A DNA stretch of 64,000 bases from Antedon mediterranea (Eukaryota > Animalia > Echinodermata). Shown one piece after another: positions 38,901 to 52,544 of this stretch. Positions within the stretch are counted from its first letter, which is position 1. Each line of letters begins with the position of its first letter. The position numbers were made by a program, and so were the translations under genes. The notes below the pieces were generated by a model, which was not told the origin of the DNA, made no database searches, and was given only the letters and a program-made list of their open reading frames with translations. The DNA lies in NCBI RefSeq assembly GCF_964355755.1, contig NC_092674.1, positions 11,594,001 to 11,658,000 of the forward strand, read 5' to 3'.

Positions 38901-41900
38901 GGCGTCAACAGATTGGATATCATTTATTTTAACGTGAACTTAACATACTATCTTAAGACACAGTTAACGCGATGGATCGAAATGAAAATAATTCAATTTT
39001 ATTTGGGAACTGCAATTCCATATCAAGAGAAACAAGCGACAATACAACAAAATAATACAAATAAACACTTGCATAAAGAGATTCGATAATGAACCATTAA
39101 CGTTTTATTAAATCAATTCATTAAAAAATGTATACAATATTGACTGTTAATTACGGTATTTAAATTAAACTCTGAAATACAACTATTACTGACCGTATTC
39201 AATTCTACAAATTAATGTAACTATACTTTATTAATTCCTATGTTTGGATGGCACAAAATGAATTATATAAATCCTCTAAATAAAAAAAAAGTCACAACTC
39301 TTACAAGATCTTTGTATTGATCTCCTTTCATTCACACGTGTTAATTTGACAGTATCAATGTAATATACTTATTGTGAAGAATTGCGATAAGATAAAAAGT
39401 GAAAAAATACATGAATTAATATATTCCACAATCACAACAACATAATAAATATGAACCCGACTGTCAATTGATTTTTTTATTGATATATTATTTATGTGGT
39501 TATTAATTAGGCCTATATTGGTTTGTAAAGATTTAACCTAAATGTATACAGTACATGGTATTCGGTAACAGATTATGGTTAGGCCTAATCATAAAATGTA
39601 AAATTAAATCCTCAACTAATGAATTATCATAAAAGCGGCAAGTCTTTCATTAACCAGATAAACATTGATAAAATACAATAGGGTTACACAGAATATGAAT
39701 GGCTCCAAGCTAAGAACGGGAAGGGGTTGAATTAGCAGCTACTAAGAAGGCTTAATTAGGTGTCAAGTAGGATGGTTTAGGTATAGAATGTTTACCAATT
39801 AGGACTGTTCCATATATCGGTGTATTGACCACATCTTATAAATACATAATCACATGATGATTTAAATATTATATAGGCCTAAGTACGATCTATTGTTTTA
39901 ACGTGATATAATATTTACACTTAAAATAAGATGACTATAAAATAATGCATTTGGCACCAAGACACACTGAAATGCAAACATATAAAACTAAGTATTAAGT
40001 CATTAGCAACAAAAAGCATTTTCTTTCAGATTTTCCAAACATCAATCTATTTTTGTAACGTTGATTCTTTCCACCAATCAATCGCTTGTACCGTTCCAAA
40101 ATCTCAATAGAGTTACAACAAACACCATGCGCCAATAAGCATTCAATCGGGACGTATAACAATAACAGTATTTTTCCAAAGGTAAAATCGCAATGCATCA
40201 TTATGTATACCCAGTGTTTGGCTTTTCGATCCGACAATTGTTTGTCAACCGTTAGATAAAAAATATGCCGAAAAAGAAAAGTCTACATTTTCCGCAGGAT
40301 TGAGTTTTGTATTGACGGGCATGTTATTTCAAATTCGCATGGATGAATCTTTCTGTTTTATGTAACGCAAGTCGATTTAAGAAAATTCAATTTTTACACA
40401 CGCTACGATATACTAAATTGGTGTAAATAGTATATAAACAGTATCGTATATTGAACATTCTTTGTAGGTCTATTCTTTGTAGGAAAATCGCAGTTACAAA
40501 CCGAATTGAATAGATTTTTACAATGTATAAAAAATGTAAAGTAGACTTATATGATAACATATTAAAAATGACAAACGAATCGATATGCTTTTGTCAAGAG
40601 CCAAAAAAAACACCCAAAACAATATAACACATTTAAATTATAATTAAAAATATACAAAAGACTTCAATAAAAGGTAAAGGTATATTCATAAAACATGCCA
40701 CATTATCAATAGGCCTACTCAATACACCTAGAACCTACGCGATAGAACAATATGCTTTTAATTAATAAAACAAAATTATTACTATAAAATAGAATAGTTT
40801 ATATTCCGTACTTAGGCCTATACCATAACATTGTGGTTTGATTATTGACATTCTCACATGGGCTTTTGCGCAGTTTGAGCATGGAAGTAGCTCTATGATT
40901 GGAGTGAAGAACAAAGAGTGACGTAATATTAAACAAAACCCTTGGAGTATCACACTAGTGTGTTATCAAAGGCCTGGCATACCATTCATTGTACACAGAA
41001 TAAATATATTTCCTATTTTGTATACATATTTAATATCAATCAATATACAATATATTCCTCGGTTGCGTGATACAGTTTTCATATACAATTAAGGAATTAT
41101 TTTAAATGTTAGTTAAGGTTACATCACTTAAGTGAAACTGGATTTGTGAATTTGCCTTGATAAGCTACGGTACCATATACAGCTTTTGCCGAGATACACA
41201 GGAATCTGATAACTCGTGTGAACAAAAAGCACATTGGATATTGAATCGTTACAGACAACAAATGAACGAAGGGAAGACCGCTTTTACTGTGAAACAAAAG
41301 ATAAAACTAGACCGTTAGAGTTTTACTTTGCGTTGTATTAATAATTGATGTTGAGTTCACTTTGGAATCAGGAAAACAACAGGAAGAAATAAAAGATAGA
41401 GACGAGTGTTTGCTGTCGCTCGTGTGTCAGTTTCTTCGTAAAGGCCTATAAACAATACAATGATACACATTATTATTTGTGTTTTCAAAAAACATTATCT
41501 ACAATTTCTTTGCATTTCTCCTTCTTTAGGTAGGTTGTTTTCTTTAGTTTATAATTTAGTCACTTTTTATTTTGTTTTGGTTTATAATATTAGGAAAAGT
41601 TATTCTTAAAGTTATTATCGTTATTATATTTGATGATAAGCACATTATAAAATAATATACACACAACGAATTGTTATTTTATAATTATATAAATGCGATG
41701 GGAGCAAACGCAAATATTTAGTTATATATGTACATTTAAACAGTCGACTGTTCACCGATTTCGAGTAGTTTAGGCCTTTTTAGATTTCTTCAATATCATA
41801 TTCGGGAAACACAGCATCGTTATATTATATTTGTTTCACGTGTATCGCATCATAGATCATAACCCATAATCTTCCGTGATACAGGCATCACATGTGAAAG

Positions 41901-42727
41901 AAATGAGGTGCTGTATTACCAAATATTCCTATGATACTTGAAAGTATGTGGATATACATCACTGGGAATCGTGTAAATTACTGGCCTGCAAAGACAAATA
42001 TTTACGGCACGAATAAAAACAGACATATGGCCTCTTTACGTTTTTAAAACTACCGTAATTATTAGACTAAGCAATACGTTATAGTCCATGGTGAGTTTGA
42101 TATAATGAAGCCTATTATGCATAATTATCCTATTACAATTGATGTAGGCCTACAGAAGACTTGAATAATAGGACATTAGTGCAGATTTAATTTATTATAG
42201 AAAAATACCAGTTACTGAGATAGGACTATAATTCTATAATTGTCTGAATTTGTTTCATGAACTGGTGGCAAAACTACAAAAAACAAATAATTGTTATTGT
42301 AAGTAATAATGTACGGTAACGGTAAAGTTTGTGTTACGGTACTTAGCGTGAGCCGGAGTATGTAAATATAATACTGCGGCCATAATTATAAGTAAAGTTA
42401 TTGTTGTTCATTAATTACAACTCGGTAATAATGTAGTTTAGCTTTCTTTCTAAATAACTTTTTTTGTTGTTAAATTACTTTTATTTCACTTTATTTTAAA
42501 CACTCGAAAGCGTGCCACTGATTCAAAAGTGTAGATTCCAAATAAATTAAAATTGTTATTACAAACATATTTCAGAGTTTTCTCTTTGAGGTTTAATAAT
42601 TTCATTTAGTTGGTTTAATTTATAGTATTATGTGTATACTCTTTTGTTTTAATAAAATAGTCGAACGAATACAACCGTTTCACAACTGAACGTTCTGATA
42701 ATCCAGTAAAGTGTTGAAGTGCCTATT

Positions 42728-42810
42728 TCACGCATGCGTGAGCATTATTGGTCTGTTTCATTGGACGTTCAGTAACTTGTCACTCACAAAAGGATCAGCC
42801 AATCACGCGG
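42728..42810 (+). promoter_or_regulatory. Putative Zic proximal promoter
   Basis: Palindrome TCACGCATGCGTGA (42728-42741), ATTGG at 42747 and 42760, AGCCAATCA with CCAAT at 42799, ~190-270 bp upstream of the ATG. Confidence 0.5.
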
Positions 42811-42994
42811 AAGCTTAATTACCTTTAATTCAATCGTATACTAATACAAGTAATAAGTATTCTGGCTGAGTTGTATTTTAAGTGTCACTTGGAGCGGTTC
42901 GCTCCAGAAGTATATTTTTGACCAGTAACAAGTTTAGTCCAGTATACTACGGTACAATTTGCAATCGAAAAAATTGAAGAAAACTGTTTAGAAA

Positions 42995-44072
42995 ATGACC
43001 ACCGAGGCGTTGCAGACCCCTTACATGGATCATTCTCTTGGGAAGTGCAACCTTAGATATGCAGTAGACGTAGGCCAGAATTTTAATGTTTCTGGGTTTG
43101 GTATAACCCATCCACACCACCCAACGGCAGATACCGGCGGTGATAGTATCACATTGAATCCTTACAGCATGGAAGGTTCACATCTCGGTGCTCTGAAACT
43201 TAGCCCAACGCATATGACGGAACATACGAATGTTTCGCAACCAAACTACAGCAGTCAACAAGTCAACGGCTACGTATCGCATCCTCACCCCCATCCACAT
43301 CATGGAGTTAGTGGTTATGCTCCACAGCCCTTCGCCACAGGACGTGATTTCCTATTGAGAAGGGACCCACTCTCAGGTCCAATGTCGCGTGGCGGACTAC
43401 CAACACACGATGGAATGACAACAAATTCAGCAATGTTTCCAACTAGTACCTCTTATCATGGACCACATACAGACGCTGGCTCGACAGCCCATGTTATATT
43501 TCCTGGTTTGCACGAGCAGGCCCCAACTGGTCATCATATGAATGGACAAATGCGGTTAGGTATTCCCGGGGATATCCACCCCAGACATGACCAGTATAAT
43601 CCAATGCAGGCCACAAGGAATGATTATCTCACGTCTTCCATGACATCACAGCTTCATAATACGCACATGAACCACATGAATGCAAACATGAACAATTACA
43701 TGAATATGGGAGCACATGGACCTGGTGCATTCTTCCGATACATGCGTCAACCAATAAAACAAGAACTTAGTTGCTTATGGATTGATCAAGACCAGCCCGA
43801 ACCTAGGAAACCGTGCAACAAATGTTTTACAACAATGCATGAAATTGTAACACACATAACTATTGAACATGTTGGCGGACCTGAACAAGCCAACCATACA
43901 TGCTTCTGGCAAAACTGTCCTAGAGAACAAAAACCATTCAAAGCAAAATACAAGCTTGTGAATCACATTCGAGTACACACCGGCGAAAAACCCTTTCCTT
44001 GCCCGTTCCCAGGATGCGGAAAAGTTTTTGCAAGATCAGAAAATCTGAAAATTCACAAGAGGACACATACAG
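42995..44072 (+). CDS. Zic: Zic (odd-paired family) C2H2 zinc-finger transcription factor, coding exon 1
   Basis: ORF has GALKLSP, ZOC-like [29 protein letters not shown] and zinc fingers 1-3 (CLWID...[14 protein letters not shown]...[45 protein letters not shown]). Donor ACAG|GTATGT at 44072/44073, phase 1. Confidence 0.97.
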
Positions 44073-47000
44073 GTATGTGAAGTTTGCTAAATATTTTTTC
44101 TAATTTCTCATATTATTCCTAAATTGAGGCAATTTGTTGCAAGACTTAATAAGTATTATATACTATAAGTAATGCGTTATTGTAATGGTAAATGTTAATT
44201 TTCAACAACTGCTTTAAAATGTGTCACAATGATGTCTCTGAAATCACAACAAAGATTAATTTCTCATTTCTCCAAAATATTTCTTTTTAATTTCAAGTTT
44301 AATAAAGTAATCAAAAGTCAGTTATTCTAGATAGTTCAATAAAATATTTTGTTCCGCAAAGTTAAACAGTTTATTTATGTTTACTGGCTTAGTTACTAGG
44401 CCTCCAGGACAAGAGAGTTTAATTTCAAAAGCTAACGGAAAACTGACATAGCTTTTTCTTTGGATGAGAGATATCTGAGAAATTTTAGCTCTTGGTCCCT
44501 CCTAAAACGTCATTCCAGCGAAGTTGCCCTTCAATATTATATTTCAATATGGCTTTCGAATCAAGCCAAAATGTTAAAACTTTCCTACAGTTCTTCAGTG
44601 CGCCAATAAGTTTGTTTCTTATCTCTGATTTATGGGCGCTCTAAAACGACAAATATCTCTTTTATAAATAATATAAAATATTACATTACAATTAAATTGT
44701 AACCGTGCTTAATTACTTTAGTTAATTATTATTAATATTATTATTATTACTCACTGTTAAATAATATTGTATACCAAGATAATCAGTGCATTTACATTAC
44801 ATTAGGCCTACATTGTTATAATGCAATATTTCAGAGATCTTACAGAGAAAAGTTTATTGTCGCAAGACTCTTTGAAAAACAAAATATCACAAACCAAGTT
44901 TTTGTTACAGATATAAACGCTACAATTTGTATTGATATTAAATTAATTATGTAAGATGTATAATTATTATCTATTGGCACTCGAGGAAGTTCACATGGTT
45001 TATTGTTGGATAGGCCCATTCAACTAATTACATACGACGAGGCTATGGTGCTAATAAATTACAAGTCAAGACGATTTAATGGGTGTTTTACGCGAAAAAC
45101 TTAACACCTATACTTCCCAACAAATCAACTTTAATTGACAATTAGGTGAAACACATTATGTTTAATCTCAATTAGAGTGGCTACCACAATTGAAACATTA
45201 GTATTAATTTTTCTTCTTGAAAATTAACAAAACATAACAGCAATGTATATGTATTATGTAACGAAAAAGTCAAGGAAACCGAATTGCGTACCCGGCACCT
45301 TCCAACTACTTACGTAATCGCTAAAGAATGTTAAATTGATGAATAATAATATTATTTAAAAAATATTTCATTCACTTGTACCTCAATTATTAAATGTTAA
45401 TGTTAAACTAAGGTAACCTTAACAAATAGGCCTTCTTATTATAGCAAATAACGTTTATCTTCGTTTCAGTATGCTATGTTTTGTCACATAACTCCCAAGC
45501 AATTTTGATTGATGAAAAATGTGTGTATGTTTTTTTTCTTAATTAGGCAGTTCGCCTGTAGGTTTCATTGCGTAATCCCGCCATCCGTAACAGGGATTAA
45601 ATACTCTCTAAACTAATCTGTGTCTTTCACCAAGGAATTAAAACTTTTAAAATAAAGTTTGCAATGAAATAAACAGGACGAGTAGTAATAAACATCATAC
45701 AGTTCCTATAGGCACACCGCACCGAGACTCCGTATACATTTGTATAGTTTATCATGGGTGTTTAGATTTTAGTTCCTAGTGAAGTTCATTGTAAAATATA
45801 ATAAACGAATCATATCCTATTTTAATCCTTTTTTTAAACCACCTACCCCCCTCTCCCCACTTTAACACCCCGATACAGTATACTAGAAAAGTATATGATT
45901 TGTAAACACAGAAACATATAATTATTTCTGAGTGAAAGATTTATTACCGGATAAAGAAACAGTGACCAGGAAAATCCATGATTCCAATAATAAAATAATA
46001 GGCCTACCCTTAATATTTAAAAAAAAGTATACAGATTTGAACACAAATAAAATTTAAGTTGATTAGGCCTAATAATTTAAAGAAATATCATCCAATATCC
46101 TGTCGGTTGGCGGCGTATTTGTTTTGTTTTATACCATGATAATTGGATTTCATTAGATTAGTGACGTCATCATGACAGCATTGTGTATTATTATCACATC
46201 AAGTGCTTTTTTGTATATTTACCTCTTGTGATTATTATTCATCCACAATTAAATACTAAAGTCAGTCTGTTAACCAAACATACAAAGGTACACACACAAT
46301 AGCATCAAGGGCATGTTTCATTAGAAATATCAAGTAATATACGTGGTCAACGATTCTACTTATACGATACTTCGATCATCAACTTTTTATAGTTGATTAA
46401 TAAATAGAGTAAAAGTATTAATTAACTGTAATAATATTGTACTGATAAAAAAGTGTTTTATCCAAATAGTTTACAGTATGTATAGCATGCCTCTATTATA
46501 CAGTACACTTACAACTGCAGAAATAAGTCAATCTTTCAACACTCCATTGTTAGTTATTCGGATATTATTGTAGGACTTAAGCCTACATGTATCCTATTTC
46601 TATAGTGATTTACACCTTCGAAGTGATGATAGGCGTGCATGCCTTGTTATTTAGTACGCGTCGTTGATTTTACTGTGGGCCTAGCTATGGCTGTAGGAAT
46701 GGGCCACTTTTGGCAGGCCTTACAAACGGGTGACAATCACTCAATTAGAATTAAGAGATCATAAGTTTTGTTGTATTCTGTCACAGATGTATTGTGAAAT
46801 GTGAAGTACTTCCACAGATGGAATAACTAATCTGTTTCTTTACCCTTCACAAGTTTATTGAAGTAAAACAAGGACCAACATGATTGACGTTTACAATAAA
46901 TTTGATTATCTTTAATATATTATCAAATTTGAATAATTAACTTAATAATTTACTAATAATAACTGGTAAATAATATCTGTATGATATCTGAATAATATAT

Positions 47001-50000
47001 TATTATTGTGCAAACTTATAATTATAGAATATAAATATTTTGTATTGAGAAAAATAACCTCATAAAGTATATAATAAGTGGGCTATATGCCAATCTAAAA
47101 AATACTTCAACAAATTATAACATGGATGAAGTAAATAACACTATGTAGTAAATATAGGCCTAATACATAATACACTCTCTAAATTATAATTAAGAAGTAG
47201 GGCCTAGATCAAAAAGATTATTAAAATTACTTAAATATGTACTGACTGATAAATGACTTCATAAATAAAATTAGGCCTAAACATAAATAATTGTAATAAT
47301 CAATAAAATATACCAATGAACACAATTTAATTATTATTTTAACGTTTCCAATCCATCTAATTACCAATGAACTTCGTATTGACAAAACTTCAATCCATCA
47401 ATCTTACTAACTTTCAATGGGCATGTCAAGCAACTTCCACTTTATCTTTTGACTCGTCTATGTAACGTGACAAGATAATCCAGTAAAACAATGGTAGATT
47501 AAAAAACAAAACGTTACGAGAAGTTCGTTACATCTGATTATTCTGACGAGTTCATTAATTAAATGTTAAAGTTATGTTAACGCCTCCGTGTGAGCGACAG
47601 GTTCCATGGCTTAACTGACTACGTATGTAGTGTTAACAACACAATTGAATTAAATACAGTTGGTTTAATCAGGGAGAAATAACCATGGTTTAATTATGAA
47701 CCTTGTTCTTTATAAAGTTTAGGTTGCTATGGCTAAGAATAAATCTCAGTTCCTTTTCGAAAATAGAAAAACAAAATAATTAATCAAGAGACAAACATGT
47801 TAAAATGAACGCAAAATAACCCAATAAGAATTATAACTGTATGTGATAATTTAGTATTTATCGGAAGCTCTCTAAATTGGTAAAAATATAAATATTTTTT
47901 GTTGGTTGATATACTCGATGAACTTTCAATCATGCAATGTCATACAGTATACTATAGCCATGTCTAGTAACGTTTAGATTATAATTTTGCAACGAAGTTT
48001 GCAGGTTTTCTTTTTACCATAATTTATCAGTATTTTGGCCCTGTTATATGAACTTCGTTACTTAGCGGAAGTATACCAACTAATTGAGATATAGAAATTA
48101 TAGTTAAGACCGAGTATTAATTAGGTATAAGTTAAACCTATAGGCAAAATTGTAAGTAGGCCTATCGACTGCTAAACCGTCTTTATACCTTTAGACCCTC
48201 TGGCGTAGATTTTCTTTTAATAATTGAGATAATATTTGCCTCCTACTGTCTATGGGTTTCCCTAGCATTATTTCTACGCGTGAAAGCTTGTAGAGTAAGC
48301 GTGAGTCAGCCAGCTCTCATAGCCGTTCCCCGCTGGTTGTCAACTCGGTTTCAAGCATTGGGTAACGCATCAAATCGTCTGCTTAAAGTTTGTATGGCTT
48401 ACATGATCGTCTGCTCTCATGCAGAGCTTGTTTACCCGCCATGTTGCTAGATACAACTTTAAGTTGAATGTAGCTCAGTTGTTCGTCCAACAATATTGCT
48501 GATGTTACTTTGAGGCTGTGAATTCACACTCTTCCCATTGACATAAGAAATGTAATACTATAGGTATACTTTATTCATATTTGTTACACAGGCCTACCCT
48601 TTAACAGTTGATCACTATACATATTTTTAGATACAGACTGTCATAGAATTTCGAATAGGTGGGTGCCATCGTGGATTGAGAGTTCTGTCTTTATATTTCC
48701 GCACTTTAATATTTTTTTAAACAACTAAACACATACAAAAAAATTAAATATTTAATCATCAATATAATTTGTGCAATGTCATTTTAAAATAAATTATAAA
48801 TAATAAAGGACAGATACCATGTGGTGATTATGACATGTAATAATGATAAAAGTTCGTCGCGTTTAAATCTTTTACATTTGTAAGCAAAGCTACAGTAAGT
48901 TAGTTAATCCATCTAGACATTATTTGTCAACGTCAATCAATCACCCTTTTAGGCATGGGTTCCATGTAAAATTATTTTGTTTTCCCATCTTTCCTTCAGT
49001 AATATATGCGCTGAAGATAAGATTCATGAATAGCCTATAGTTATATATAGTTCGTTGAGAGTGAATTAATAATCACAACCATACTTTTTATAAAGACATT
49101 TATAGACCACGTTTACTGTGGCCGGACCGAACATTTGGAACATTCATTAAACATGAGTGAATGCAATCAGTTTAGAGACACGAAAACAATTCCTTCATGC
49201 AATGTTGTATAGTATTTATGTCATGTTATCCGCTAATTATAATTAATGTTATAAGTTGATGAAGCATTATTATCATTATTCAAAATTTCCAAAACGAATT
49301 ATAATTCCTTAGAAATTGACTTATTTAAGAATAATCAATGCAAATTGTATACAAAATACAGTAACAGTACAACCTTTAACCTTTAACCTCGTGGTGAAAT
49401 ACACTAATTGATTACCGCATCATCATTGCACCTACAACGATTAATCAATTCATTTACAAACTTTAGGGTAACGAAGCTTACTGATGAGGTGTACACACTC
49501 TGATTGACATGTGCTAAAAACCCGCTCATAACAAACTCTTTCACATTACAACATCTTTCATACAATCTTATTTTAAACATTTATTATAATTATTTGTAAC
49601 CCAGTTTGTAACATTAAAACCTATAGGCCTAAAGTAGGCCTATATTGCGTATAATTCTGTGAGAATTCTTAAAAATATTCGACTTATACAAATAAATTAT
49701 TTTTTTTCACATTGAATCACTATCCCAACAAGTTATACTATAAGACTCAATTTTGTTTACAAAAAACTTTATTTTACTTCAGGATTTGCATGTGTTTAAA
49801 AAATGAAAGTTATTTTTTTAACGTCTGAATGTTGAAGCATAGAATTACTCTCAATTTACTCTAATCCTCAATTAAGCTGGAGAAGTTTTTGACAACTTCT
49901 ACCAAAGAATGTTTTCAGACCATCTGTCACGTCACACATAGGTCTCAAGAGCTATAATTGATCCAACTTTAATATCCTGTAATTAATTATTGACATCAAT

Positions 50001-51223
50001 TTGATAATGCTGTTAGGAGAACATTCTCACAACCGGTGATAATGTAATAATGAATAATAATCATAAATCATAATTAAAACATGATTAAAGTGTAATAATT
50101 CGTTGCATTCCGTAGGCTACGTTTCCAGTATGTTATTCGTTACGGTATCTCAAAACCGGAAACAGCGAAATGCAGTCGTCGTCTAACTGCGCTGCCACAA
50201 CACCAGCGTATTTTGACTAAACATTACAGTAGGCCTAAGGTTAACCAAGGCCAACGTTTTTATCTAAAATTTAGAAGAAATATGCCCTGTCATTGCTAAG
50301 ATTCTCTTTCTGTAAGCAGACTTCTTAATTTCCTGACAGATAAATTCACAATTTAATTAAAAAAATTAAAATAAAATGTCTGTTTAGCTTGCCTGGAGTA
50401 TCTAACAACTTGACGATTAAGCCCCTTCTTAACAGTCATCGCAATCCCCCATCTCCGGTTTAAGTAGTCTGCAGATCTCAAAATTGTTTAATTACAAGTT
50501 TTATATAAATTGTAATAAGATGTATGTTTATTGATAGATGGTCATTATGTTCTATTGAGAATCGAGTAAAGCACGAGGACCTGAGGGATAGTGGCAGTAG
50601 ATTTACATTTCCTGCTGTTGATCCTTTTTTCCTCTACTATTTTTATAAACCTTTATTTTGATTGGTCTATGAGCATGCGTGAATTATTATTGCAGGTTAA
50701 CGAAAAGTTATAACATGAACACTTGTCGGACTGTAAAGCCGAATCATTCCACCCATGTTTTTGTATATATCTATAGGCCTAATAACAAAATTTGCCTACA
50801 GTGATTTTTTAAAAAACTTTATAACATTTTACTTAGAGCATGCACAATATTGTGTAGGCCTGTATCCCCACGAAGAAACTTTATTACAAAAAAATATAAC
50901 TAACTATGCAGATAGTGCATTGTAGGCCTAATTGTGCAATGGTTAAATACAACCTTCAATGTTAACAATAAAGATGAAACAGCTGTCGCGATTGCTTGAC
51001 AATAATATTTTGTATATAATATTACACATTAAGAATTGTTCCTATATAATATATTGTTTGTACTAAAATCTTAACACCAGGGTTGGGTCTAATAAATGTT
51101 ACCAGTTTTGTAATATAATAATTTCGTTATATTTTTTGTTCATGTTTGTTGTTTATAAAAAGTACATTCGTTTGACGTTTTCAATACAGTACGGTACTAA
51201 CGAATTCTTTACTTATTTTTCAG

Positions 51224-51663
51224 GTGAAAAACCGTTCAAGTGTGAGTTCGATGGCTGTGATCGCCGTTTTGCTAACTCGAGCGACCGCAAGAAACACAGT
51301 CATGTACACACCTCGGACAAACCTTACAACTGCAAAGTTCGTGGATGCGACAAAAGTTACACCCACCCTAGCTCATTACGAAAACATATGAAAGTACACA
51401 GCAAGTCTCCACCACCACCCGGACTGTTTGAAGATTCATCTCCAAAAGCTTCACCCAACGCGACGCAAACGGAGGACATCTCTATCACGACGGTATCGTC
51501 AAACCCGCCTAACATCAATGAATGGTACGTCTGTCAGACGACGGGTGGCATGCCTACACCACCCAGTAACGAACATTCTCCTGTTAACTCGAACTCTACA
51601 TCAATAACGACTGGATTACATAATAATAATAACAACTCAACGACGGTAACAAATTTGATATAG
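51224..51663 (+). CDS. Zic: Zic coding exon 2 (zinc fingers 4-5 and C-terminus)
   Basis: Branch point TACTAAC (51195-51201), pyrimidine tract and CAG acceptor at 51221-51223; G|GT GAA AAA restores [61 protein letters not shown]; C-terminal NINEWYVC motif; TAG at 51661-51663. Spliced CDS 1518 nt = 505 aa. Confidence 0.97.
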
Positions 51664-52379
51664 AAAACTGTTTACAAGAAAAAAGATCAGAGCTGCAATT
51701 CTTGTATACATAACTAAAGTTTTGAAACTAATGATTTCTTAATGTTTTTACCATATTTAAAGAAACTATTGTACTTTTAAATATCAGGCTACTTATTTTT
51801 TTTTACAAATCTAATTGATTTTCCAGTCCAGTACATTGTTATTGCATAAAAACTACTATTTATATCTATTTTTTTCTAAGGTACAGACAACATATTTTAA
51901 ATAAAATTATATCCTAATTTTTATTGATCAGATTTTTTTTTTCATTTTGAAAAACACGAATCATTTTGTTTAATTAGGCCTATATTTCTGTATTAATAAT
52001 GAATACGAATGTTTTCAATCGTCTTAGCATTCATAGACAACATTATTATTAAAATATAACTATAGTGATGTCTGAGAGCAGCAGATTGAACATCGTATCA
52101 AATTATTGTGGCAAATCATTTGGGATGATGACACAAAGTGGTTAATAGTTTAAACTTAAGGACCATCTAAAAGTTACTACTGCAGTTACAGTGTAGTCAG
52201 AGCACTTTGTTTACTCTTTATTCTCGTAATATATTTATTTATCAACCTGTTTACTGCTTCAACGTCTACTGCAGTTACTGCAGTAAATACGGTATCATAT
52301 ATGTTTTAATATCCTAATCTAACATAGACAACTATTTTTGATGATAATGAGTAGGTTTATGCCACTTATTTGATATAAA

Positions 52380-52544
52380 GGCCAATTAACACAGACGAGA
52401 GGTAAACGGAAAACCGTATAGGCCTATGTACCGTTATATCTCTCCCGAACGGAAACTGCCTGTCCGCTAAGCCTGCGCGTTGTGTAAATGGTCATAGATC
52501 CTATAAGTTTATTACAGTTACCGCTCGTCTTTGTAAATTAGACT
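52380..52544. mobile_element. Degenerate Harbinger-like MITE downstream of Zic stop
   Basis: GGCCAATTAACACAGACGAGAGGTAA is an imperfect inverted repeat of TTACCGCTCGTCTTTGTAAATTAGACT; TAA near both ends. Confidence 0.55.

Noticed and set aside
43775-43978. Antisense ORF inside Zic (and 61263-61484, 62827-63036 inside MARS2)
   Set aside because: Shadow ORFs opposite real coding exons.
49471-49510. CTGATGAG as second hammerhead or C/D snoRNA
   Set aside because: No GAAA closing stem II, and the C-to-D box distance is far too short.
51136-51223. N-terminal extension of the 175 aa ORF
   Set aside because: Intronic; contains the branch point and pyrimidine tract of the Zic intron.
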